Below the pieces are notes generated by a model. The model saw nothing but the letters and a program-made list of their open reading frames with translations, did not search any database and was not told where the DNA came from. Source: Macrostomum hystrix (taxonomy: Eukaryota > Animalia > Platyhelminthes). From it: 64,000 nucleotides of DNA. Where the stretch lies: NCBI GenBank assembly GCA_950097015.1, contig CATNEN010000038.1, positions 25,172,001 to 25,236,000 of the forward strand, in the 5' to 3' direction. The position numbers were made by a program, and so were the translations under genes. Position 1 is the first letter of the stretch, and every line of letters begins with the position of its first letter. Below are positions 24,205 through 37,268 of this stretch, piece after piece.

Positions 24205-27200
24205 TGATGCTCGCGAGGCTGGCACAACTAACCGGAAGAGGATCGGAAGAAGGCGTTGGAAGGCTAAAATGAATCACAATTTCAGCTTTTGACGCCCTGC
24301 ACTCACCGATTCTCGCTGCACGCGACGCTTCAACCCTTACGACGCTATTGTCGCCCTGTCAATCTGTCAGGACGTGAACTATCAGGCGCCTGTACTGCTC
24401 CCATTGTAATTCTTTCTTAGCCTCCTGAGAAATTTTAGAAAAAAACTGGCTAGCTGTTCTGGAATATTCACCCCCGAACCTGTTGCCCTCGCGACCGTTC
24501 AGCAAGCCGTGCGCGAGGATTTCGTCTCCTTTCAGAGGGCTTTAAATCACCCACCGCGACGCACACCCGACACGCTCGTGTGGCACCAAAAAACCACTTA
24601 ATAAGAAAGGCCTGATTATGCCATTTAATCTTTGCCCCCCAAGAACTCAAAGTCAGTTTGATTTATTTTATTTACATAGAATTTACTGGACGGCAGTTTT
24701 CTTAGGTTTTCGAGTTTTTCTCGGGTTTCGAATGAAAGTTTTGACGGCTAATTTGAAGGCCACTAATAAGAGATCCACTATTTAGGTTGTCAGGGGCGAA
24801 AGGGCACGACTGGCGCTTCATATTATTATGATTTATTATAAATTACATGGTGAACTAAGAGCCAACAGAAAGAGACGTCCTGTAACGTCTACGAATAGAT
24901 AGTCGTCATGTGTTTGCACTCTTCCTAGTAATTCCTTCTCCTCTACTCTACTTCTCTCTCCTCTCTTCGATTCTGGTTCCACTTTAAGTCCGACGGGTAC
25001 CAATATGAGTTTCAGAAAATTAACTCTACGTGAAATCTTGAAATCTTTCGAGAATATAGGAACTGATCAACTCCAATGCATATATCTTTAATTAGCAGCA
25101 CGAGATATTATAGATTATCTCAAAAGTCGGGTAAGTTTCGTGATCATTACGCCCATAAGCTTTGGACTATTGCTGCAAGTGGTGTCGTTATAACATTGCA
25201 ACTAATTGACTTAGATTTTATTAGTCAGATGTTAACTGACTATTGGCAACTTAAACGCTCAGTTAAATCCGCGAAAACACGTTTATTTTCGAAGAATCTT
25301 CACAATATCCAAGCAAGGATAACCCAGTAACGCAATGTAACTTAGCACCATAAACACGTGCTGCAGATTCAAATAGGCAGAGAGAAGTGCTAGAAGGTTG
25401 GCGAAGGCTGCAGAGAATCGGCACACAAATGGCGGGCATAACTTGAACCGAATCGGTTATTTATATATAAATGCAAGTGCGCTTGACACTCATTTTTAGC
25501 TATGCCTCACAATCTTACATAAAGATGTAAGCTTGTGGGGGCCGCCTTTTACAATAAATAAAAGTAAAAGAGACAGTTAACTAAAGGTTTACTTACTTAT
25601 AGAGACTGCTGCTTGACCCATCACTTTTGCGGCGCAAGTTTTATCTACCATCCGGGTCTTCTTATTCAAGTCTGGTGTCAACGGCGCGGCTTTCATTGAA
25701 GTCCCAGCGGGAGTCATACGGCCTAATGACACAGGGTTTTAGTAGCCTAGGCATTCTTGGCTAAGATGCCAAATAATTCCCAAGCTTTATTGTAAAAAGG
25801 AGAAAAAATTAGTGCATACGTGTTTATATGTTTTCCTCTGATCAAAAATTTTCTGCTTGTATTATCAATATTTAGCCCATTCTGCTTGCATATAACGTTA
25901 CATGCAATGAAAAAACTAATTACTGCGCTTATTCGATGCTATGAAGCTGCTATTTGGGTTAAACTTTTAGTATTTTTTTTCGCTTAGTAATGTCAAACGT
26001 TAAGTAACGCTAGTTTAGTAACGCTTATCTCCAATCAGCGAGTAAAAAACGCAATAAAATTTGGCCCTTTTAAAATCCTGTCCGATCAGTTTTCCTCGAC
26101 GAAATCCATGTCGCATGAAAGTCTGCCTGTCGGATGAAGTTTAATTTTGAGTTTAAAAAGTTTGCTAAAATGATTGAAATTCCTTAATTATTAAACGAAG
26201 ACTGAGCTTTTAGTTTTCGATCTCCAATGCTTAAAAGTGCATGCGGCAGCAAAAATTTTTCGCATTTTAATCAACTGTCAATGCCTTCACATCGATGCCA
26301 GACTCAACTCTAGCCTCTTTTTTATTGAGAAGTTCAATGGCTATGCTCAAGATGTCCTCCCTAAGGACATGCAGTTAAGAGCTGCGTGGGCTCAAGAGTT
26401 TGAGTATAGCATTACTAATACAGTGAATAGATGCTGCTAATGCATAGTTCCTAGTAAAAAAATTGTCTGTCTTAAGGGTGATTTGGGATTGGGAGAAATT
26501 CAGAAAATAAGTTCCCTTCTTTCGCCCGCTGTCCGAACTATCAGAGCCAATATTTCAGTCTCTTTGAGGCCCAGATCAATCAAACGATTTACAGTCCGTA
26601 AGACTGTAGTATATATGAAGCTTGACTATAGATTGTGCATTATCCGCTGTAACAGCTGCAGAAACTGAGGTCAAGTATGAAAATGCACTCTTATTTACCT
26701 ATGAGTATTCTGCACAAACGACACGCTCGTATACTGTCTATTAGGCTGCAAAATCTTTGTCATTGGTTAGTGCAAGTGAATTGAATTTTGCCGATTGCTT
26801 CATTGTTCATTGCTTCCTGATTAGGAAAATACACGCGCATTGTGGAAATTCAGCCTAATTGGATAAAAAAACAACGGTTCGCTTTTAACATGTGATTGTC
26901 CCGAAATCTACTGTCATTGTCTGTGACCAGCTTTTTCACTATCAGTCCTGATGGCTTGGCAAAAGCAACAGTAATTGTTGCTCTTTGCTGGCCAACGGTC
27001 GTATTGGAGATGGCATGAGTTCTTTTCAACTTCAGTCAAACAAAAGAAATGTAGAGTAAAAGGACAATTGAATCAATTAAATATTTACGTGAGTTATTCA
27101 ATGGCGCTGCAGAAACCATCTTTTCATACACTGATTGGTTACAGAATTAAAACCTCTTAAGAAATAATACGAATTTATTTATATACATTAATTTCATTGA

Positions 27201-27324
27201 CAGTATGTCTTTTTTGAAAAAAAAAAATAATTTGGTGAAATTAAATTGTTACTCTCATTAATTCAATCAAATAAATGGAATTTTTCTCTTCTATTCCCAA
27301 GACAACCTTCAAAAACTGTTCGTT

Positions 27325-30300
27325 TCACTGTTCAGCGGGTTTCGGCCGCTCATCATCGGAGAGTTCGTCGGCTCTTCCTGATTGGTCAGCAGGTTGTGGC
27401 TTCTGAGAATCGTCATTCTCTTCCTTTAGCTCTTCATCGGAGTTATTTTGGCCATTGATCTGTTGTATCTCAAAAGCTTCTGTATCGCTGATCGGGTGTA
27501 CCAAATTTCTGCGAGATTCGCGCCACAGCTGCACACCGCAGTATCGGCCAATAAATTTGTAGAATTGAACAGCGTACGGATTGATGTAAGCCTCGTTGAT
27601 CTCCTCGCGATAGCCACCTTGATACAAGTAATTTTAATTACCAGAAAGATGTAAATTTTATAGACATCAAAGAGATGACAGCACTCACGTGTAATTATCG
27701 ACACAATAAAGCCTCCAGCGGTGGTAGCGGATGCCCCAATTACTGGATACCAAACGTAAGAGATGCTGTACCAATCATCCAGAGGGTTTCTGATGAATGT
27801 GTAAAGAAATTTAAAGAGGCGACATTCGTGTGCTACCACACAACAACCTGAAGTGACACTTTAAAGTGGCTTACAGAGTCGGTGAAGTCGTTGTTTGAGG
27901 CATTCCAGTAGTGAAACCGCCCAGTGTTGTACCAGTAGGATCCGGCGTACCAAAGTCGCAATTGCTAGTGTTAGTCGGCAGTCCAACAAGTTGTTTGCCA
28001 TTTAGATAGGATCCAATGCTAAGCCAGCCCGATATAATCAGGCCGCAAACTGACCCAGCAATTGCGCCCTGATTATCATCAATAAGAGAACATAAATGAC
28101 TAGCGAGTGACCACATTTGTAGCCTAGCGGTTAGAGAGCCGGACTCACGACTTGAAGGTCGTGAGTTCGATTCCCGACACCACTGTAACAATTTGTGTCC
28201 TTTAGCAAGACAATACGTAAACGTATACGTAAACGTATAATTATTTTTAAAGTGAACTCTTAATACGAAGTGTCATAATGATTAGTGTGTGACTAGCGTC
28301 GTTGGCCCTAAAAAGTAAGCATGGCATTAAAGCTAGATAAAAACTCTTGTACGGCACGCAAACGTAAGCAGTTCTCACATATTTATTGACAAACGGAAAC
28401 AGAACGCCCATTGAGAACAAGCCCAACAAGGGTGCACCGAATGAGCCGGTGAAAGCTAGGGAGGCTTGTAGCACGGTGCCACCGAAGCGAGTTGACAGCA
28501 CCCCCATCACTACAGCAGCAACGCCGTAGAAGACAACTGAAAATATAAATTATTTGCAACGATTAATTGTATTTTTTTAATCGGTAACAATCATACTTAT
28601 AGTGACTTCTTACAAAATAAATTGAGTCTTCGTAGTGAGACCCTACATGTGTTTGCGCCACTGAATGGATCGAAACCAAGATATAAGGAGGGGGCAGAAG
28701 GGTAAGAACTGAAAAGTAGAGGGTGAGGAAAGAGAGACGAGCAGCTAGCCAATCAGAGACGAGGGAAAGGAAAGAGAAGTGAAGGTTAGATAATAAGTTG
28801 AACAGACAGAGGGGGGAGAAAGTACAATTACAGGGCGCGCGAACGTAAACAAGCACAGAGAGAAAGGGAGTTATGACAATACATGATGGCTGGTTGCCAT
28901 CAGTCGGCAGCTGGTCTTACTAAACAGGCGGTTTATCCACGTCGCTTTCAAATCGGAGGCGTTGATGCAGCAATAGGGCTTAAGGAAATCTTCCCAGGTT
29001 GTGGCAGCCAAAGCGCTCAGAGATGACGAGACTGAGCTAAATGTGAATTATATCGCCAATAAAATTAAATTCAACACATCAAAGTACACATTTAACACAT
29101 TTAAGTAACTCCTAGCGTAGCTGACAAACATACCTTAGTGCTCCAGCGAATAGCGAGGCTATGAAAAGTCCAGGAACAACAGGCACATTCAGGTTATCCA
29201 TCACATAGTAGGGCACAATCTGAATCGATGTAAAAAAGCAGTTATTAATTACACTTACAGCGGCGCTTGTAAATATTCCTGAGCTTGCCAACTGATGACG
29301 ACCTCTTAACTAATGACTTAGGGCCACAGTAACCAAGAATAAACCAAAGCCCTTGAGTCCAGAGCGGTCTTATGTGTTTGCCTCTCGCACCAATGTCCCT
29401 GATCTCGATTTTACCGCGAGGCCACATATATTCGTGGCGCAGTCGCGGAGAGAAGGCCTGGATGCGCCCAGTGAGAGTGTACACTGCCTGATGATGAGAA
29501 AGTCAGGGCAGATGTGCACACCCTGTTGAATCTGTGTGCGTGTGTGCTCAGAAGTCTCCTCCTTGCCTCCTGTCCTTGTTGTCTGTGGGCAGTGTCACCG
29601 CATGATGTGTAATTGCCCGCAGCCCTCCTGAAATGATTATTACACGGGTCCTACAGGCAGCCGAGGCTTCAACAGGGACTCACCTGGTTCGAATCCTCAA
29701 TCCAGCCAGCTGCGCTAGGATCGCACGCAACGTTGGCGTAGTGAGCGAAAATCACCAGCCCAGCCAGGCAGGATGACACCACGAAAACGCCGGCTCCAAG
29801 TGAAGCGAGAATGACCGACCTGAGTACCGGATCAATAGATAATTGATAGTTGAGTTCAATTTACTTTGCGACGAGAAAAAAGTTCATTTATTTTTCACCG
29901 CTGTTTACTGAGTTGGCTTTGATACTACGAGTAGTTTGCAAAACTGGAACAACCCACCATTGAGCCTGTCGCAAAGTCTTCACTGAGCAGTACCGCTGCA
30001 CTGAGGCCTGGAACACGCCGAATGTGCTTGAGTAGGCAATTCCATTGCCTACGATCAGGCCCCAGAAAGTGTGACGAACGCGCGGGTCGAAATTGAAGCT
30101 GTGACGGAAGTTAAGTGAAGTATGTATTAGCCTGACTCAAACTGGCAATAAAATTTATGGATAGGAGAAAAGAACAGATACATATAGAAACTACACCTAG
30201 CCCTTATGCAGGGTTCTTTCAGAGTTCGTATACAGCTGTTCAGTCCATGGACTGGACAAGCCGCACACCCATCCGAAAATCTCTTACCCCAGCTGGATGT

Positions 30301-32642
30301 GGTTCCTAATAATAAATTAGGGCTGCGGGCAGTGGCACATCATTTGGTGATAGTAGACCCATAGCCAGCGATAGGCAATTCTGCCCATTTCACTGACTCC
30401 TTTGCACACACGCACATAGATCTCCTTTCGCAGGCACACATTCTGGAAGGTTTGTACTTCTGTCCTGACTTTCTCATCGTCAGGCAGCTTACACTTTAGC
30501 TGTGCCTTTGAGGTTGGCCCACAAACGCGCAATATGCACGACAAGCCTCCAAGCCTTCTCTCCGCGGCTGCGCCCTAAATATGTGTCCTCACCGCGGAAT
30601 CGAGCTCAGGGACCTTGTTGCGAAAGGCGAACGCGTTAACCGCTCTGCCTCTCATGATTTGTGATACCTATTTTAGTACTGGTTGAGTGTCTCGCTCGAG
30701 AAAAAAAACTGGTTAAAAATCACCCTGTATGTCAGATTCCGGAATCTCTAACGACAGAATCCCAAGGTACAGAACCAAACAGAAAAAATATTAACGGTTT
30801 AGAAAGTGTAAAAAATGATTAAATCCAACTCACTTATCAAACTCAATTCGACCATATTGATACGAAATCTTCCAGACATTTCCAATGCCACCCAAGTCGA
30901 TGAGGCCCTGTATTGACACGCGCGGTTCGTTACAAAAGCCGTCAAAAATGCCATAAAACACGGAACAAGGGTTCAAATACCTGAATGATGATGGCTAGTA
31001 TGCCTGCCGTCATAACGATCGACTGAAAAACATCAGTCCAAATGACCGCTTTGATTCCACCCTGAAAAATGAGAACATACATTTACTATTAATTTGTTAA
31101 TATATTGAAGTTATTAGTCTAACATTGCCCGTATTTGCCAATTAGCGGGAGGGTGAGTGGCAGAGCGGTTAACACGTTCGCCTCTCGCACCAAGGTCCGT
31201 CAGCTCGATTCTGCGGCGAGGCCACATTCATTTGTATTTGTAAAAGTGTACACTGCCTGACGATGAGAAAGTCAGGGCGGATTTACACACCTGTGTGAGA
31301 ATGTCTTTGTATCGTCTGTGTGCGTCTGTGCTCAGGAGTCAAGTGAAGTGGGCAGAATTGCCTCCCCGCTGCATGGCTGCGGGTCTAGTGTCACCGTGCC
31401 ATTGCCCGCAGTCCCCCTGCAATATTACTTTTATTATTGCTAACTAGCCTCACCCAGGCGGTGTAGAAGGTGCAAATAACACCGCTAGCTGCAATCGATG
31501 CTTCTATAGGAATCGCTCCGTTAGACACTGGAAAAGGTTTAACAACAGTAATGCATAGACGGCATTTAAAATTTGCAAAAATGAATTGTAAAACATGACT
31601 TTTGGAAGTTGTAAAGTCTTTAATTTGTAATAAAATCGCCTCATACCATACTGCAGTGCAGTTGCTGGGGCGTACAATGCAATACCCATGTAGATAACCT
31701 GCAAAAGGGAGACATAGACGTAGTGAATGTTTCGATAATAAAAATCACCTACATCAAATAGAAGCGATATCCAGTTAAGCACTTCGCACATTGTTTAGCA
31801 GCAGCAGAAAGTTTCCCATTAGACGAACAACTCTGGACTTGAATCGCAGCTCCAAGAACTGAAAAGGGAAATATAGTTAGACTTTAGACTTTCAATTGTG
31901 AATACTATAAGTACTAATATAAGTAAATGACTCTGAAAGCTTTAAAATGAGTACTGAAGCACAAAATACAATTTTTTCAACTTTCAACTTTTTTGCGCGA
32001 CGCATCTGATGAAGGCTGCGTTCGTCTGTTCAGTCCATGGACTTAGGGGATGCCACACCCAAAGTGTCTTGCTAAAAGAACACTAATTGTTCGGGAATCA
32101 AACCCACGACTTTCGGGGTATGTGTCTGACGTTCTAGCGACTCGGCTACAAGCTCCTCAATATATTCGCTTAACTTCTACACAATGAATTTATCGCCATC
32201 TCACCTCAAACGAGCTAGTGAGCCTCAGGTTGTAAAACACGGGCACAAATATCAGGGCAGCCAGAATGACGCCAATGTTCTCCGCAAAGATTGACAGTAC
32301 GTACATTGTTCCGTTGAAATAGATCTCCGCAGGACCACCCAAAATCAAAATTGCCGAGTTGAAGGACACGAGCAGTGACAGCGCGACCGGGATCATGTGC
32401 AGCTGGCGACCTCCCATGACGAATTCCTCTTTTTCATCGCTACCACCAGGAACTTTGCCTTTGCGTCCGAGGCAGCTGGCAATGAGGCCTACAGCTAGTG
32501 AGGCAGCCAGGAACAAGCCCAGCACAACATAGTCGACTGCGGAGAATTGGTTAAACGTTTGCTGGTGTTTCCCGACCAAGGCTTCGGTTGGCGATGAGAA
32601 ACGTGGCAGCTGAAGGCTAGTCTGCCACAATGGATTGTTCAT
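27325..32642 (-). CDS. SLC5 sodium:solute symporter (SMCT/SMVT/NIS subgroup), 14 exons, about 670 aa
   Basis: Phase-consistent GT-AG exons: 32205-32642, 31790-31858, 31647-31698, 31454-31527, 30981-31061, 30834-30907, 29958-30098, 29684-29819, 29134-29219, 28921-29036, 28379-28536, 27875-28068, 27689-27789, 27325-27617. Motifs include GGPAEIY, FLELRF, YMGIALYAPA, GGIKAVIWTDVFQ, DPRVRHTFW and VQRYCS. Confidence 0.95.
28117..28213 (+). mobile_element. tRNA-derived CORE-type SINE (family B), 5' fragment in an SLC5 intron
   Basis: A box TAGCCTAGCGG, B box GTTCGATTCC, followed by TGTGTCCTTTAGCAAGACA (CORE start). Confidence 0.75.
28675..28880. mobile_element. Interspersed repeat homologous to the palindromic element at 47555-47929
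   Basis: Shares GCTAGCCAATCAGAGACGAGGGAAAGGAAAGAGAAGTGAAGGTTAGATAATAAGTTGAAC. Confidence 0.7.
29352..29640 (+). mobile_element. tRNA-derived SINE family A (internally deleted)
   Basis: Homologous head, central hairpin and TGCCCGCAGCCCTCCTG tail. Confidence 0.8.
30310..30652 (-). mobile_element. tRNA-derived SINE family A
   Basis: Reverse-complement homology to 12461-12826 over the full length. Confidence 0.85.
31149..31436 (+). mobile_element. tRNA-derived SINE family A (internally deleted)
   Basis: TGGCAGAGCGG A box, central hairpin, tail. Confidence 0.82.
31995..32152 (-). mobile_element. CORE-type SINE family B, internally deleted
   Basis: tRNA-like head, TTTAGCAAGACACTT, and AGTCCATGGAC-containing tail shared with 43388-43620. 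Confidence 0.7.
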
Positions 32643-33480
32643 TGCCTCTGCGAACTCTCTGAGTTCTTGTTAGTTTGTCTGAATTTAAGTTAGCAATTAT
32701 TTTGCTCAGGTTCGCTTGCTAAAACAAATTTTAACGAGTATTATCTGCAAAATTTTCGGTCCAACCGAAAGTTCTTATCTCCGTTGGCGAAACATTATCT
32801 GCTAGCAAATGAAACTGAACTAAGCTAATATCAAACTAAAAAACGAAATAGTTGGTTGTTCAAAGCTCGGGTAACTTTCTATTTTCGATACGTTTTCGGA
32901 GAATACGGCATTAGTAACGAATCACTTTAGGCTTAACTCCTTCTAACTTCCACAGAAAATCAGTTAACATGTATCAGCTCTCTGAGAATGTTCTCCTGTG
33001 TTATTAAGTTTCACTGATAACTTTTTATAAGAAACACAGGCACACAAAAAGTGGGCAAGGTCACGCAGGGCTAGATCTGCAGAGTTGACTCATACCTAAT
33101 TGGCTTTCTCACTGCGATTAACAAAGTTATTTTTAACTCTTGACAAAGTGCATTCTCCTGAGATTTCTCACCACGCGGCTGCGCCCCTATATAAGGCTGT
33201 GTCCTTGAAGTAAAAAAGCAAAGCAGGAGTACAGGATGTTATGAAGGTGTTACTTATATGTATCAATGTTTTTTAAGGATATAAACTATATATAATATTT
33301 CGAATATGATAAAATTGTATATTGCTCGATACAACACTTTCATTAGTAATCATTGTACTCAGATACACGTGTCAAAAAGTTCCCAGAGATTTTGCATTGC
33401 CTTACATTCCCAAATAAAATCCGTGCGCAGCCTCGAAAACAATCCTGTTCAATTTTTGTACGTCCTTTAAGATTGATTTT

Positions 33481-33879
33481 ATAATAATAATAATAATTGA
33501 CACTAGACCCATGGGCCATGGCAGGTGTTGTGTGTCAAGCACACTAGCAGGTGGGGACTGCACACCTATTGTACTCCCCGGCTCTCTCGGACACGGGTTG
33601 ACAGCCGCGTGTCAACAATGGAATTTCTTTTTTCTAAACATATCGGCAGCATCTAAACACAACTGAATTGCCGCACAGAACTGCTTTATTCCACGCCAGC
33701 CGGAATTATTATTACCCGACGAAATGTCGGTACTCATTTGCAGCTGAGTAGAATGTGTGCTGATCAGGGCAAAGCAGCTTGCCAAAGGCAGCACGAATAT
33801 AGTTCTAGACTAGGTCGGGAGTCGAACCCAGGACCATCTGATCCAGAGTCCGACACCTTACTGACTGAGCTATCCGCCC
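33481..33879 (-). mobile_element. tRNA(Lys-like)-headed CORE-type SINE with (TTA)n tail
   Basis: GGGCGGATAGCTCAGTCAGTAAGGTGTCGGACTCTGGATCAGATGGTCCTGGGTTCGACTCCC, then TGCCTTTGGCAAG...CTCAGCTGCAAATGAGTACC. Confidence 0.7.
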
Positions 33880-34115
33880 CTTGATTGATGTTATAAACGC
33901 GTGACTAACTCCTCATCCTTAAAATTTCACTTCACTTCACTTTCCACATTTTGTGAGCGCACTTAAAAAAGGCTTGTATCTTGTTTGAACTATCGATAAT
34001 GATCGCACATTAGGCAATAAAAGTTCTTGCAAATAGTTTTGTCAACTAAAAATCATAACATCAACTCAATATCACTAAAAGCTCTTTCATATCTGGGGTA
34101 TTGTCAAAATCAGAC

Positions 34116-35097
34116 CTATCTGGACACCATGCACTCGAAGGTGTTCATTGAATAATAATAATTAAGTGGATAGTGAGCAGCCTGGTTAAAAAAAACAACG
34201 CCTGTTGCCCACAAAGACGCGGTAAGATTCAAAGCCACAGGTGGCGTGTAGTAACGTCCATTCGGGTTGAAGCAGTGACAGTCTCCGTACCACCAGCTGC
34301 CTTGGTAAATGACGGCACAGCTGTTCGGATGTACGTCGCGATCTCTGTCAGGTGTGCTAAACATGTTTCCATTCAAGTATACTGCCATGCCGTGATTGCA
34401 TTCAATTACGTTCGAGCTGGCCAGGTCCTGTGGCCCGACGCTCACTCGGTATCCCTGGTCGACGCCCTGCACCGCGAAGTACGTGTCCTCCCACCAGTAG
34501 CGAGTGCCGTTCCAGTCGCTCATCTCCCACCTCACTCGCCTGTCGCCGGCCCGAGTCAGCTGGTGAATCGCCTCCAGACCCATCCAGAAGTTCCTGTCCT
34601 CTCCCTGACCGAACTCCACCAGGTAGTCAGTCCAGTTCCGGTAAAAATCAACAGAGCCGTCCACCCGGTGCTGGAATGTCCGCCAGCAGGTGCGTCCGAG
34701 CTCATCGAGTCGTCTCACCTGCAACCGCGTGAAATCAATCAGTCTTTCCACAGAAGCCACATATTCTGTACAAGAGGAGTGGCATGGCAAACATTCAATG
34801 TAAACTCACCAGCAGCAGAGGCAAGCTCGAGTTTCTCGCATTGCGGCACTTCCTGCATCCGCTCTGTCCGAGCAGGCAGCTGAACAGGCGGCAGGTGCGG
34901 AGGTCTGCGTCGAAGTGCACGGCCTGGTGCTGCGGCCCAGCCAGCAGGGCGCACTCGGAGTCGCTTCTCACGCTCACAGGCGACGCATCAAGCAGGTACT
35001 CGCTCAGGTCGTCTCGCTGCTCGGTCCAGTAGCTTTGATGGACAGAACCTTTCGGGTATAGAGTGAGTAAGGTTAACAGTAGTAAAATCCCCTTCAT
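34116..35097 (-). CDS. Secreted fibrinogen-related protein (signal peptide + PAN/Apple-like module + FBG domain), copy 1, about 296 aa
   Basis: Exons 34810-35097 and 34116-34718 joined by a 91-nt phase-0 intron (|gtgagt ... ttgcag|). FBG motifs FQHRVDGSVDFYRNW, FWMGLEAIHQLT, MFSTPDRD, WWY..C..NPNG. Confidence 0.9.
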
Positions 35098-36269
35098 ATC
35101 TAGTTTTTAATAGTTATCCGCACGTATCTTGAGTAGGGAACTTTTATTAACTTTTAAAATGTCGTTTAATTATTTTTTTGAAAGATCCGTTTGCAAATTC
35201 AAATTTTTCAAATTCTTCATTGGCAAGCGATTTATGAAGGCGGCATTTTAATTGGTAGCCTCTGCTGGCCCGGTACCAAGCGAGGTTTTGAATTTTTCAT
35301 AAGGTTGTTTTTCTCGCAGCATCTGTAACGTTTCCTTGACGAGAAAAATACTTCTAGTGCAGCTCAAATAAAAAATTTGCTGTCAAACAAGGTTTGGAGC
35401 TGCAGTCGTGTCTCTATCACAAATATCTCTCATCAGCATAAGAAACGTTTTAAGGATTTTGATACATTTTAACTGTCAGTCAGAATTACGAGCTAGTTAC
35501 CTGTAAATATTGTCTTTGAAGTTGATGGCAATCGAGAGGATAGAGAGGATTATTGAACACTGAGCAGGCGAAATTTACACGTTTTTACACATAAACAAGT
35601 CATGTTAAATAATCACTGGATATTTAGTTTAGCCGGGGTCTGCTTATTTCAAGTAAATACCTAAGATTTTGGCTCTGGACCATAATAACGCGCTCTGTTC
35701 AAACAAAAACTGAAGTCATTAATTTGGCAGTCAATAACGTTATTGACCGAAACGATTCCTTCTGAAATTTCACGAATTTTTGTATCCTAATATGGCTTGC
35801 GTCAGCATCTAGTTACTATTTACTCACTATTTTGGCTCTGGATGCTTTTGTAGTTAACCTAAAATCAGTATCGATTTTTCTGAGTCGAAAATGGCATGAC
35901 TAACCAAATGACTAATCATATCCTACGTATGGAGCCTCGACCTACACAGCTCGTTTGAAGTTTAAGTGCTAGCGTTCGCATTTAAGAGAAACGTAACAAA
36001 ATTTAACAAATAATAACAAAAAGAAATACAAAAAGTATTTAGCAATCTTCGTTTTCTTGCGAGCGTGGTTAGAGAATGTTATATGGCCTTTTTAAGCATA
36101 TGAAATTATATCTCCAAAGCATTTTTTGTATTATCGTAATTTAGTCTTTGTCTTAGAAAAAGGATGATTATGAGCAGGTAAATTCAACTAGGTAAATTAT
36201 CTACGAGTATAGGTAGATAGAAATACCGGTAAAAAGTGTTTTCTAAAGTTTAAAAAAGTTAAACCATTT

Positions 36270-36373
36270 GGTAGAAATCAACAGAGCCGTCCACCCGGTG
36301 CTGGAATGTCCGCCAGCAGGTGCGTCCGAGCTCATCGAGTCGTCTCACCTGCAACCGCGTCAAATCAATCAGT
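36270..36373 (-). pseudogene. FReP fragment (intron 3' end + start of FBG exon)
   Basis: About 100 bp almost identical to 34640-34743 and 39880-39983, then an abrupt end. Confidence 0.9.
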
Positions 36374-37252
36374 ATTTCCACCACGAGCTTCAGCATTGTG
36401 TCGCTCTTTGATATATGCGTCGCATAGGCAGTTACCCTCAGCGTCGGGGTCGGCGGCTAGCAACGCTTCGCTTTGGGAAATCTCCTTTACAAAGTTGTGA
36501 ATGTCGTCAAAAACGCTGAGTAACTTTCGAGTTATTGGCAGAAGATTCAAAGGCCTAGACAGGTAAGGGAACAAGAACGGTAGAGAGTCGATCAGGCCGA
36601 CATCGAATAGAAACTTGGAGTCCGATAGAAACTTCTCGTATCGCTTCTCCTCGTTGGCATATCTGCGCCCGAACACAAGCATGGCTATGACACTGTTTGT
36701 CAGGGCGTTGAAGTGCTCTATCGACTTCACCTGATTTAGTTGCTGTTGTAGTTGCTCTAGCAGAATGCCGATTTCGCTGTTGATGAACTCGACGGACTCG
36801 GCTCGAGCGAAGCCGAAATCTCGCAGCACCCGAAACGACACGCGGCGTTGCTGGGACCAGACGGGACCCTCGGTGAATAGTATTCCGCAGCCCTGCGTTG
36901 TCTGTGCAGCTGCTGGTGGCAACTGCCTGACAGAGAAGACTTCTTCGCCAAACATATCCTTGAGCAGCTGGTAGGAGAACACCACAATCATCAGCCTGTT
37001 GCCAAGTCTGTATGAGTAGATGTCGCCATACTTCAGTCGCATCTTGTCTTGGCTTTCCTCTAGGTGCTTCATGTCTAGCCAGGGCAGCATGCCCAAGACG
37101 GGCACACCAACTGGTCCAGGTGGCAGCTGGCTCGCTCGGTGCAATGCTCTGGCTGTGTAGACCAGCGCTACAGTGGCTCCAGCAGCTAGCGCCAGACTTT
37201 TGCTGTTGGCGAGGTAAAATTCTTTGGCGGTGTTGAGCGTCTCGGAGCTCAT
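36365..37252 (-). pseudogene. Cytochrome P450 (CYP2 clan), N-terminal 295 aa only, truncated before the I helix and haem motif
   Basis: Membrane anchor, PPGP hinge, KYGDIYS, WxxxR (WSQQR); the ORF runs into FReP intron sequence and stops. No ExxR/PERF/FxxGxxxC found downstream. Confidence 0.85.
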
Positions 37253-37268
37253 TAAATTGACAGATAGT

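Noticed and set aside
33810-33879. Functional tRNA gene (also 28117-28185, 43555-43620, 12461-12535)
   Set aside because: Mismatched stems, no poly-T terminator, and each runs into a shared SINE body.
34173-34883. Antisense ORFs over FReP, CYP, mariner and lectin genes
   Set aside because: Shadow ORFs of GC-rich coding sequence with no recognisable domains.
34739-34954. Programmed frameshift between the FReP signal/PAN ORF and the FBG ORF
   Set aside because: A canonical phase-0 91-nt intron joins them in both copies.
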